Below are positions 1 to 10,529 of a DNA stretch of 64,000 bases, piece after piece. Origin of the DNA: Pseudogymnoascus verrucosus (taxonomy: Eukaryota). Location: NCBI GenBank assembly GCA_001662655.1, contig KV460206.1, one strand, 5' to 3'. Below the pieces are notes generated by a model. The model saw nothing but the letters and a program-made list of their open reading frames with translations, did not search any database and was not told the DNA's origin. The position numbers and the translations under genes are program-made. Each line of letters opens with the position of its first letter. The stretch's first letter is position 1.

Positions 1-499
1 ACCTCTGTTGTTGTGCTGTCTGCAGGTCCGTTTTGTGGAAATGGCAGAGGGACACTGGTAGGGACACAAGCTGATGCAATGCGAAATAGGTACGCAGGAA
101 TGGCAGCACCAACGCAGCAGCGACAGGGCGAGAGCAGCGGCGCGGCGATGAGCGTGCTTCTTAGCTGGCATGAGAAGGTCGTTGAGGTTGCGGGATTGGG
201 GTGTGTGGGGAGGGTGATGACGGATCGGAGGACTACCTAGATGGGACGCGCTGCTTGGGCTGGGCGAGATATGTGCTCTAAGATTGGGACGAGACGGGAC
301 TTGGTGGGTGGGTTCTAAGGGCACTGTACATGCTGGGTGCTGAAGACGGGGGGGGTGCCTGAAGAGAAGGTACTAGGGAGAGATTCAAGCTGGGCGTCTA
401 TGGAGCAGGCATCGGAGAAGCGTAGACAAAACAGACAGACAGGATGCCCAAAATCCAACTACAAAAACATTGTTCATACAAAATATCCTACAGCCCCCC

Positions 500-1654
500 T
501 CAATTTATACTCCCCCCTCCCAAAATATCCTTCATATTCACCTCTCCTGTCCCCCTCTCCAACGGCTTCATCTGATCCGGACTCTCCTTCCACCCAATAA
601 AAAAGATCACCCTAAAAGTTGCCGGTATCCCCTCCTTCCCGGGCTCCCCATACAACTCCTTATAAATCCCACTCGCCGCCGCCAACACCTCCCGTCCGAT
701 CCCACCCATTTCCCTACCTAGCACCGCGTTACTCTCCCCCATCGCCTGCAGGTCTCTCATCAGCGCGAAGATATCGGGGAACTCGACGACGATATCTTCC
801 ACATCCACTGTCAGGAGTTTGAACCCCGCTTTCGTCAACAGCCCGCCGATGTCCCGCACATCCGCCAATGGCGAAGTATGGGGCGCTACACCCCCGCGCC
901 GTTCTTGCGATGCGAGCTGTAACGCAGTGCGCATCTCGAACAACGTGTCCCCCCCAAACATAGCAGCTATAATCGGCGCATCTGGTTTCAACGCGCGATT
1001 CACATGTGCCAGTAGCGCGGGGAGGTCATTAACCCAGTGCAGCGCCAGAGAAGAGAGGACGGCATCGAAAGTATCCGCTTCGTATGGTAGGGACTCGAGG
1101 GTGGGGAGGACGGTGCGGGTTATGGCTAATGGCGAGGGGAGGGGGAGTGCGTCGTCGCGGTGGAGAAGCGTGGGCGAGGTCTCGGCGCAGGTTAAGTGCC
1201 CGATGCGCTCGCTGGCGGGGGCTTCGGTGGGGGAGAGGGGCGTGGTGAGGGCGCGGGAGAGGTTGCATGCGTTGGCGCCGAGGTCGAGGATGTGGGGGAA
1301 GTCGCGGTTGATGTCCTGTTGCGGGGAGTGTTAGCTTGGGCGTGTTCTTCTAGTTTATTCTTGGCTGGGGAGAGGGGGAAGGGGACGAACGAGCAGGCGG
1401 TCAGCGAGACGGGTAGCGATCTCGTCGCGGAGGTAGTCGACTTCGCGGCTCTGTTCTGGCTTGGAAGCTGCGCGCTCTTTCTGGAGGTGCTTGACGTGCG
1501 AGTTGAAGACTTGGAGGGTTGGTGCGCCGGGGGCTTGAATGGCGTAGGTGCGTGTGCGTGGTGTGAATGGGGAGGAGATTCGGGTACAGGGGAGGGAGGA
1601 GGAGATGGCCGGCCGGCGGCACCGGAGGAGGGGGCGGAGGGCGAGGGGTCTCAT
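500..1654 (-). CDS. NDUFAF5: NDUFAF5-like mitochondrial SAM-dependent methyltransferase-fold complex I assembly factor; 2 exons (1654-1391, 1315-500), ~359 aa
   Basis: Arg-rich presequence-like N-terminus; 'VFNSHVKHLQKERAA', 'DYLRDEIATRLADRLL|DINRDFPHILDLGAN', 'LALHWVNDLP', 'AMFGGDTLFEMRTALQLASQERRGG..PHTSPL', 'LMRDLQAMGESNA'. Intron 1316-1390 (GTTCGT..GCTAAC..CAG) joins the ORF pieces in frame. Confidence 0.9.
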
Positions 1655-3135
1655 GCTCGGCGTTGTGGAGTGGTTTGCGTTGGTGGTGCTGACCGGAGAT
1701 AGCTATGCGATCGATTGACTTTCTGACAGGGATGGGATGTTGGAGCGGAGGATAGTATGGCCGAGTTCCGGGAGGTTAGGGACGGGAAGGCCGCTTTTAA
1801 GGCGTTTTTTTAAGGCTGCTGCTTTTAAGCTCGGCTTGGCTTGGCATAGGGGATTAAAATAGAAGCGATCTTTGGAAGGGGAAGGAGTCTAGAAGGGGGA
1901 AATGGGGAGGGGGAGAGACAATGATGGTATTTGAAGATTTTAAGCCATTTTTGAATTTATACTGTGCTTATACTGTCGATATTCACTGTATTTATATGTG
2001 ATTTGCGTCCGCTGTACTGTAAATACACGACTAATACCAAGCACATGCTCTTGAAGCTCTATTGCTCTGTTCACTTGAGAATAAGATCGAAGTCAAATAG
2101 CATTGCCCTAGAAATATGGGAATACGCCAATGCATGCAGCAGACCTGATAATATAACAAATACTCCTTCCAGCTCTCTAGTCCTCCCTATTGAAAGAAAA
2201 CGTGACTTGTGGAGAGTACGTACCAGCCTCAGTGGTTAACGGTGTTCCCTGGAGAAAATCTAGGAGTAGCCGGGCCCACTATTTACTTATCGCTCAGGGA
2301 AGTCAGGGGTATTCAAGCTTATCCATTGGTCGGATGGCATCGGGTATCCCTGACCCGAAAATGTTTCAGACGCTACAACGGCAGGACTGGGAAAAGTACT
2401 TGGTTCGCTGTGGGCCGCTCCGCTAAATACGAAGTACCATCCCCTACTACCGCCCATCGTCCAGTACCTTGCCTTCATGCGCCCCTCCTACAATTGCGAA
2501 AAAGGCTTGGATGCCGTCGTCTTTGTCCAACAAAGCCAAACTACCAGCTTCAGCTCAGGAGGCGATTTTCTATTTTCTTTGCTCTTTCACTTCGCCTTCT
2601 TCATCCTCTCCCTTATTGCTACGACTTTCTCTATAGCTTCATTCTGCTTTGCCGCGTTCTCTCCACATCTCCCACCACCTACGTCAACACTCCACCAAAT
2701 CCGCATACTTTGAAACCCACTAGCATTTGATATTCACTCGCTGAACCATTCCGGGGAAAATCGACTCCCAAGAAATATCATCGACACTACCCCAGGATCA
2801 ACATTCTCTTCCGACTCTGCTTGCCACTTCCTACTTCTATCCCCAGCTCCATCTGCTACGTCAGACGGCTACAATCGTTTCAACCGTTGCACTTCCAGTG
2901 CTTTCCTTTTCAGACCAGGATACGAGCAACCCCTCACGGCCTGCATCCCAACTACGCAGCCCACGGCAAGGATCAGCAGCCTCGAGGGAAGAGCTGCTTC
3001 CTATAGTGACAACACCTGCATAATACATACTCCGGTCTATAGCCGGCTGTACCAACACCGAACACCACTGTTCGGCTCTACACACGCGACCAACACGGCT
3101 TCCTTCATCCCTCTGTGAGCTGGTCTCGCCATTCG

Positions 3136-5820
3136 ATGTCCTACCAAGCTGGAGTTTCATCGGCTAGACAGGGCGGATTTATACCACTCTCGAATACTGC
3201 GTCGAAAGAGACGCTACGCAACAACGACGCCATGAACTTCGAAGATATCCCCATGACCAAGGTCAAATCCAATGCCAGTTCGGCTTGGAAGCAGCGTGAT
3301 GGCCAGAGCATCTATGGCAACGACGGCGATCCATCTGGCGCACGACTTGAACCGCCCGGCCATGGTCACCACGGCCGTCGAAAGCTGAAGAAGATGAACT
3401 CGAGACAATCGAATGCCACAAACCAGCAGTCGGTGCTGACGGGCATGGGAAAGTTCTACGACAAGATCGTCAACTTCTCCATCGTTACCCGCTACCTCGT
3501 CTACGTCCTCCCCATCGCTGCCCTAATCGCAATCCCAATAGTCGCTGGCGCTACTGTCGCCCCGGATGCGAAGATCGGTGGAGTCCGCCTCCTCTGGTTC
3601 TTTGTCTGGATCGAGTGCGTCTGGCTCAGCATCTGGATCGCTAAGCTCTTCGCCAAGACCCTCCCATATATCTTCGTCTTCCTCTGCGGCGTCATCAGCC
3701 CCGGCACACGCAAATATGCCCTGATCCTGAAGAGACTCGAGATTCCCCTCTCCCTCGTCGGCTGGGCCGTCGCATCCATCGCCACGTTTGAGGCGCTCAT
3801 CAAACGCCCTGATAACGCTCCCCAACACTGGACAGATGTCATGAAGAAGATTCTGGCCGCGGCCCTCATCGCATCCGGTATCTACCTCGTTGAGAAGCTG
3901 ATTATCCAGCTCATCAGCATCAGCTATCATTCGCGCTCCTTTGATCTCCGTATCCAGGAGTCGAAGCACCAAACACATCTTCTCGGCCTTCTCTACGATG
4001 CATCCCGAGCCCTGTTTCCCCTCTACTGCCCCGAGTTTGCTGAGGAAGACTACCGCATCACTGGCAATGTCGACACCTTGCGCGCTGGTAAAAGGGCATC
4101 CGGCGCTGCGACTCCCATGAGGCTCATGGGCAATGTGAACCGCATCGGAGACAAGATCACCTCGGCATTTGGGAATGTTGCGTCTGAGATCACAGGAAAG
4201 AAAGTCTTCAATCCCAACTCTGCCCATTCCATCGTGCTGGAAGCCCTGGAGAAGAAGAAGTCCTCCGAGGCACTGGCCAAGCGTCTGTGGATGTCTTTTG
4301 TCATCGAAGGAAAGGAGGCACTGGGCATCGAGGACATCCGAGAAGTCCTCGGCCCTGCACACAAGGATGAGGCTGATGAGGCTTTTGCGTACATTGACGC
4401 TGATAACAATGGAGACATCAGTTTGGACGAGATGATTGTCAAGGTGGTGGCGATGAGCCGCGAGCGCAAGGCCATCGCCAACAGCATGCACGATATCGGG
4501 GATGCTATTTCCGTGCTCGACTCCGTCCTCGTCTCTGTCGCCTTTGTTATCATAACCTTCATCTTCGTCGCCTTCCTGAACGCCAGCTTCGTGACTACGC
4601 TCGCGACCGCCGGAACAACGCTCCTCTCGCTCTCCTTCGTCTTCGCGGTTACTTGCCAGGAATTCCTCGGTTCCTGCATCTTCCTCTTCATCAAGCACCC
4701 CTACGACGTCGGAGACCGCGTAGACATTAACAACGAACCCCTCATCGTCGAGCGCATCTCTCTCCTCTACACAGTCTTCAAGCGCATCGACTACATGAAG
4801 ATGGTCCAAGCCCCCAACATCGTGCTAAACACCATGTGGATCGAGAACGTCACGCGCTCCAAGGCCATGAAAGAGCAAATCGAGCTCTCCATCTCCTTCG
4901 ACACCAGCCTCGAAGACATCGAGCTCCTCCGCACCGAACTCGAAGCCTTCGTCCGCCACCCCGACAACAGCCGCGACTTCCAGGAGGACGTCATCCTCGA
5001 ATGCACCGGCGTCGGCACCATGGACAAGCTCGTCCTCAAGGCCGAGATCCGCCACAAGTCCAACTGGGCAAACGAATCCATCCGCGCCTCGCGCCGCTCC
5101 AAGTTCATGTGCGCCCTCGTCCTTGCCGTTCGCAAGGTGCCCATCTACGGCCCCGGCGGCGGCGGAACCGCCCTCGGCGAGCCAGGAAACCCATCTTACT
5201 CGGTCGCCGTCACCGATGACGTCGCCGCCGAAGCTCGCGCCCAAGCTGCTGAGAAGAAGGAAGCCAAGCGCCTCGTCCCAACACCCAAGCCGGATGCAGG
5301 TAAATCGACGGAACCTGGTGCTACTGCTCCAGAATCCGGCGTCCTCGCAGGTACCCACGAAACTGCTGCTGCGGCAGCGATGAATGCGCGTCGCCCCACG
5401 GATACCGGGCTAGACACCCAGCAGAGGGGTAGAGGCGACACCCTCGATCGCGCACGTAGCAGCGACATTGAAGATATCCGCAACGACCTCCTCCACCGCG
5501 CCAGCACCCGCGGCCGCCGCCGCGCCGACATGACCGCCTCCCCTCTCCAAGTCGGCACCAGCGGCGCCAGCATCGGGTTAACCCCCAGCAGCCCGCTCCG
5601 CGACCGCGCAGATGAGGACGAGGAGGCGAAGGTGGGCGGGTACGGAGGGTATCCTGCGTCGCCGGGGTATCCGGTGCAGGCGCAGCAGCAGCAGGGACAG
5701 ACGTATCCGACGCAGCAGCAGGGGCCGGGGGGGAGTTATGCGCAGTTTCCGGCTGGGGCGGCGGGCGGGCAGCAGTTGGGACAGCAGCCGGCGCCGCCGA
5801 GGAAGGATGGGAGGTTTTAA
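3136..5820 (+). CDS. MscS-like mechanosensitive ion channel with EF-hand (fungal Msy1/Msy2-like)
   Basis: Uninterrupted ~895 aa ORF (first ATG 3136, alternative 3232). Multiple TM segments, EF-hand 'DADNNGDISLDE', MscS core 'FLGSCIFLFIKHPYDVGDRV..LIVERISLLYTVF..PNIVLNTMWIENVTRS'. Confidence 0.9.
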   Translation: MSYQAGVSSARQGGFIPLSNTASKETLRNNDAMNFEDIPMTKVKSNASSAWKQRDGQSIYGNDGDPSGARLEPPGHGHHGRRKLKKMNSRQSNATNQQSVLTGMGKFYDKIVNFSIVTRYLVYVLPIAALIAIPIVAGATVAPDAKIGGVRLLWFFVWIECVWLSIWIAKLFAKTLPYIFVFLCGVISPGTRKYALILKRLEIPLSLVGWAVASIATFEALIKRPDNAPQHWTDVMKKILAAALIASGIYLVEKLIIQLISISYHSRSFDLRIQESKHQTHLLGLLYDASRALFPLYCPEFAEEDYRITGNVDTLRAGKRASGAATPMRLMGNVNRIGDKITSAFGNVASEITGKKVFNPNSAHSIVLEALEKKKSSEALAKRLWMSFVIEGKEALGIEDIREVLGPAHKDEADEAFAYIDADNNGDISLDEMIVKVVAMSRERKAIANSMHDIGDAISVLDSVLVSVAFVIITFIFVAFLNASFVTTLATAGTTLLSLSFVFAVTCQEFLGSCIFLFIKHPYDVGDRVDINNEPLIVERISLLYTVFKRIDYMKMVQAPNIVLNTMWIENVTRSKAMKEQIELSISFDTSLEDIELLRTELEAFVRHPDNSRDFQEDVILECTGVGTMDKLVLKAEIRHKSNWANESIRASRRSKFMCALVLAVRKVPIYGPGGGGTALGEPGNPSYSVAVTDDVAAEARAQAAEKKEAKRLVPTPKPDAGKSTEPGATAPESGVLAGTHETAAAAAMNARRPTDTGLDTQQRGRGDTLDRARSSDIEDIRNDLLHRASTRGRRRADMTASPLQVGTSGASIGLTPSSPLRDRADEDEEAKVGGYGGYPASPGYPVQAQQQQGQTYPTQQQGPGGSYAQFPAGAAGGQQLGQQPAPPRKDGRF

Positions 5821-6308
5821 GGGGGAGAGGAGTAATGACGGGGAGGTTGGGTGAGAAGGGGGGGGGATTGGAATATATGCCTTGACGGCTGAATGTGGCG
5901 TTTTTTTTTGTTTTTATTAGAGCGTGGTTGGCATAGGATACCACCGCGCATTGATTGCATATGTGGATGGATATTTGTAAAAAGAATAGAAGGGAGATGA
6001 AGGGGGGGGGTTATAGATGAACGAATAGGATACAGAATTCAATTCTTTTTACTATTTATAATGAGATCCAAACATCAGGGGAAGGGGTGCGCCCTCGTCA
6101 AGGATATAGTGGAAGGCAGAGGTCAGATTGTCCACCTGTGTAAGCCCATCGAAGGTCGATATTGTTGGCAATGGAGCCATACTGTCGTCGAAACGTTTGA
6201 TCAAAACGCACACGGGGATCACTACTCTTTTGCAGCACGGAGTTTAGGTATCGTAAAGCGGATAGCAGCGGCAACAGCAAGTGGCAACGGTAAGCAAGAA
6301 AGAACGGT

Positions 6309-6509
6309 GACAGCAGGCGGCAACGACAGCAGCAGCTAGAATGGTAACAGCAATATCGCTCCTTTCTTTGGGTCCAGTTCCACCCGGAATCCCATCCCAT
6401 GACAACAGGCGGCAACGACAGCAGCAGCTAGAATGGTAACAGGAGGTGGCAACGACAAGAGGTAACAGCAATATCGCTCCTTTCTTCGGGTCCAGTTCCA
6501 CCCGGAATC
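6309..6509 (+). repeat. Tandem ~83-bp direct duplication; copy 2 carries a 26-bp insertion
   Basis: 6309-6391 and 6401-6509 share GACA(G/A)CAGGCGGCAACGACAGCAGCAGCTAGAATGGTAACAG...CAATATCGCTCCTTTCTT(T/C)GGGTCCAGTTCCACCCGGAATC. Confidence 0.9.
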
Positions 6510-7449
6510 TCATCAAAGTGAAATATGGAATCAGTCCCGATTAGTCGCATGTTGCATAGTGAGTGCATTTGATGGCATGCGACGTGGGATTTTCTGCTGC
6601 TACTGCTGATGATGAACTTGGGAATGGGTTTGGGCTTATCTTGGAGATGACCACCGTCCTTTCACATTGTTGTCTCATGCATGTGGAGGGATTTTCGTGA
6701 ACTCCGCGGCCTCTCCAAGAAATTCCCCTTGTCGAAGTGGGAGGTTATATTCTAGTTCCCAACGCCAACCATCTCGTACTAGGACCACTCTTTTATCGTC
6801 GCTTAAACGATCGCGGTAATCAAGGACATCGAGGTCTCAGAACAGACAGGGATTAGCACGGCGAGGAGGCAAGAGCTTGTCAGTATGAGATGTAGGGGGT
6901 TCAATTGTGTTCGACAGCATCTGAAGCTTCACAGTTACGAGAAGGCAGCAGTGACAGCAACAGCAACAGCGATAGCGACAGTAACCGGCGACGGCAAGAA
7001 GCATGCGACGGCAAGAAGCAAGCGAAGTAAAAGTTTATGCTTCCACTCGGAGGTGGGCACTATAGCGCTCAGGCACATCGATCCTTTCTTCCAGTAGTCT
7101 CAAGGTCCTTTGGATCTCATCCTCTGAAGGCATTGTGAACCCCCGTGTGCTTGGATTACTAGATACTGTCCAATCTCGTTCGGAACACAAGTAAATTCAG
7201 AAAGTCTAAACAGACGAAAGAGATAGAAGATATACAGAGAAGGTGGGAAGGTAGAAGGTGGGAAGGTAGGAGAGTAGAGGTGAGAGGTAGAAGGTATAGC
7301 AGTTCAAGAAGGTAAAGTCTAGGAAATAAAAGTGAAATTAAGCGTACAATTCGACTATAAACGATTATTATGTTAATTAAGTTAGACAGCGTCTAATTCT
7401 GCTTACCTCAATCTTCTTATATATAGTCTTTTTTGTTAAGTTTCGAGAA

Positions 7450-7800
7450 ACACTTACTTCAGCATTAGACAGGTCTGTTTCTTCTCTTGCGTGCTTAGCG
7501 TTCTTCCCTTTCGCGACCTGAAGGTTGTTGACATAGAAAATATGTAGTATGGGTTAGACTTGGTCGAAACACACATCAACGACGGGACAGAGATCATCTC
7601 ACACAAACTCGCTCGCACTGGTGCCGTCCTGTGTAAATTGCACACATTTGATTCAGAAGCACGCAAGAAGCAGAAGTCATGCCAAGAGGTTAGGTTTTAA
7701 TCTTCTGCAATGATGCGGTTGTCCACAGTAAAAACGTGCCCTTCATCAACCTGTTGCGATTCCAGCTCTTCCCGAGGCAGTGAAAAAACCGCCAGGCCTC
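7450..7800 (-). pseudogene. Possible decayed coding exon of unknown family
   Basis: Minus-strand frames read LPREELESQQVDEGHVFTVDNRIIAED*NLTSWHDFCF... and, shifted, QDGTSASEFV*DDLCPVVDVCFDQV*PILHIFYVNNLQVAKGKNAKHAREETDLSNAE, ending at a GTAAGT donor. No family recognised. Confidence 0.25.
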
Positions 7801-7849
7801 AGGCGCGCTTACAATGGCCATAGCATGTAGTAATAGTAAGTGAGAGTTG

Positions 7850-7985
7850 AGGACAGCAAGCGGCGATGACAACGACGGGTAGTAATAGCAGCAGCAACAG
7901 TGACAGCAGCGGCAGCGGCAGCAGTGACAGCGACAGCAACAGCGACAGTGACAGCAGCAGTGAGCGGCAACAGCAAGTAGTAACG
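7850..7985 (+). repeat. Degenerate GACAGCA/GCAGCG low-complexity array
   Basis: GCAGCAACAGTGACAGCAGCGGCAGCGGCAGCAGTGACAGCGACAGCAACAGCGACAGTGACAGCAGC; related arrays at ~6265-6340, 6945-7020 and, inverted, 13280-13470. Confidence 0.8.
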
Positions 7986-8264
7986 TAACTGCAAGTTCAT
8001 CTTGTTCCTACTCGCCCCTGTCCCCTCTCCCCGCGCCTCATCCTCCTTTCTCATTGTTGGAACTTAGGAGGTCAATCGAGATAACCTATTTATTATCCCT
8101 AGTTGAGCTCAGCTGATGCGGCTGGTGGATTTTATCTTCTTGGCCCTATTCCCGAGTATCCAACATAAGTTTCCAACATAACAATTATAGCCTTTAGTCA
8201 CTGAGAGTTTTTATTTCCAATTATAGCTACTGAAATCCACCACCATCACCTCAGCTCGAGTTAT

Positions 8265-9214
8265 CTAACAAACATGTTCCACCTCCCCCCCACCCCCCAC
8301 CCTCTCCCCCAACTCCGTCCTCAAAACCCTCCCAAAAACTTCCTCCAACATCCCCCAACAAACCCTCGTCACCGCCCCATCAAACCGCCCCTTACTCATC
8401 TCATCCCTAATAAACGCATGCTGCGCCCCCGCCACCTCAAACCAACTAAACACCACCCCCGCCTCCCTCAACTTCAACCGAATCTTATCCCGTCCTGCCG
8501 GCGGCACATGCGTATCCAGCGTGCCATGAATACACACCAGTTCCCCCTTAATCTCCTTACACCTCGCCAGCGTATCATCCGGATTATTCGCACCCAGAGT
8601 CGCACTATGCAAATCCGTAGCAAAATACGCAACCGCCGCACTAATCCTAGGATCCAACGCACACCGGATCGCCAGGTGGCCACCGAGACACATACCCGTA
8701 GCCCCCAGCCGCCCGGTGCACGTCGGCAGGGCGAGAAGGGCGTCAATGGTGGCGGAGCTGTCGGCGTCGTAGGAGGCGAGGGTCTTCTTGGCTTTGAGGG
8801 CGTTGCCGAGGTCGGTGCCGGGGACGTCGTAGGCGAGGGGGTCCGAGGGGACGAAGTCGTGGTAGGAGGAGGGGGCGGCGACGATGTAGCCCGCGGAGGC
8901 GATGGAGCGGGCGAAGCGGGCGACGGGGCCGGTTACTTGGTAGATTTCGGAGAAGAGGGCTACGCCGGGGAATTTGCTGGGGAGGGGGGGTTAGTTTGGG
9001 GGTGGTTGGATCGGGGATGTGAAGGGATAGGGGTAAAAGGGCGTACGCGTTGGGGTAGCCGGGGATGGAAGGGTGGAAGAGGAAGATCCCTTGATGGATG
9101 TTAGTATGTGTTTAGAGCTGGTGGGGTGGGGTGATGGAGGGGTGAGGTACTCATTGATCCCTCCACGCCGTCTGCCTTGGTCGGCACATCTATATGGGAC
9201 TCTACGATAAGCAT
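8265..9214 (-). CDS. Dienelactone hydrolase family protein; 3 exons (9214-9151, 9089-9047, 8976-8265), ~272 aa
   Basis: Spliced product MLIVESHIDVPTKADGVEGSM-RIFLFHPSIPGYPNA-KFPGVALFSEIYQVTGPVARFAR; nucleophile motif G-M-C-L-G-G-H, 'HGTLDTHVP', 'AQHAF'. Both introns are GT..CTAAC..AG. Confidence 0.9.
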
Positions 9215-9331
9215 TTTGGCAGTTGGAAAGTGAATTGAAGAGATTGTTGATGTTGAGAATATGGAGCTCTGACAGCTTCAATCGTGGAGGGGTTGATAGT
9301 GGGGGCGGGGCAGGTGGGGTGGATAAATATA

Positions 9332-9379
9332 ATATCACGTGAGTATATGCAAGACGATGAATAACATATCACGTGATAT
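9332..9379. promoter_or_regulatory. Tandem extended E-boxes (ATATCACGTGA); the second is a 14-bp perfect palindrome ATATCACGTGATAT
   Basis: Sites at 9332-9342 and 9366-9379, ~120-165 bp upstream of the dienelactone hydrolase ATG. TCACGTG is a bHLH-type binding core. Confidence 0.55.
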
Positions 9380-10113
9380 AAACGAGTGAACATACACATG
9401 ACGATGAAGAGCTGTGAACAGCGTTGGTGGGGTATTTTTGGGTTGGCAGTGGTTGGCAGGGCAAGTGACAACACACTTCTGCCAACTCAACGTCATATTT
9501 CTGTGCTGCAGTATACGATACTTGGGCAGTACTTGGGTGCATCAGGCTGCAACTGGGGAATATTTTTTTATCGCCAAGGAGGGCCGGGTGTATTCCTAAT
9601 ATCCCAATGGAAGAAGTGAGGTTATTATGAGCGAGTCCTGTATTCTGGTGGTATTCTGTACTACGGTGGTTACCTACATAGGCAAATATAGCAATCAAGA
9701 AGTGGCCGGCTTCATGTAACCAGTAGCTATAGTAACTATTCACCTCTTGAACTGCCAATAGCTACTTATTCTGCGCTTTATTCTGACGGTTTCCACGGTT
9801 ACGTACTTGGCCAGCTCCACGTCGTTTGTTCGTCGTAATTCGTATAGTGGAGTGCGTAGTGGAGATATGGTGAGTCCTCGAAGCTGGAAGATATGCTAAG
9901 AAATGCTAAGAAATAGTAGGAATACTACCAAAATGCTAGGAAAAGGTAGCCTTGCGGGTCAAGCGGTGTGGTACATGTGTTTGTATGCCGTTACGTATGC
10001 ACTAAACAAGTACCTTTAACCCCTCATAGAGCTTTATCGGCATAACAAACACTCACCGATCATCCATCAAAAATCGAACTGACAGGGCCCTGTCGCAAAA
10101 TCCTAAAAATTAT

Positions 10114-10334
10114 AGAACATTCTCCAGCTTTCAGGGATCATCCAGTTTAAACCACAATTAAATCCGTACAATTACCATAATTACTATTATTAAATCATTG
10201 AATTCTTTATTTCCCCTCCCGGCTATGACGTTGTTGCTGGGCCTCCCGCGAATTTTTGCGATGATCCTAGAATGTGCGTGGTGGTTCCAGCCACTAGCGC
10301 CATTGGCTTAGAAGTTGCTGGAACTGCCTGGAAA
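10114..10334 (+). promoter_or_regulatory. Heat-shock elements upstream of Hsp70
   Basis: AGAAC-ATTCT-n5-TTTCA at 10114-10133, and GAA at exactly 10311, 10321 and 10331 (nGAAn-5bp-nGAAn-5bp-nGAAn, step-type HSE). Confidence 0.7.
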
Positions 10335-10529
10335 CCACCGCCTGCTGCAAGCAGTGCATACAAAACCTCGAATCTTCCTCGCACACAAATTCTTTTCTTC
10401 CTTCTACTTCATACCATAACAAACCTCCCTCTTCTCTCACCACGATCACAATTGCTCTTCTACTTCAACATCAAGGTTGAAGATTCTTATACCAACACCA
10501 CTTAATACATCTACACACACAGAGCAACG

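Noticed and set aside
1..300. Possible gene start at the left edge (minus strand)
   Set aside because: Too little sequence to assign frame or product.
3523..4809. 428-aa antisense ORF in the MscS gene, and similar ones opposite FBA1, DEF1, UBP16 and the 932-aa gene
   Set aside because: Mirror frames of strongly biased coding sequence, with no domain signatures.
6309..6509. CRISPR-like repeat-spacer pattern (also considered for 20387-20525 and 56424-56481)
   Set aside because: Eukaryotic context, no unique spacers of regular length and no cas genes; these are ordinary tandem repeats.
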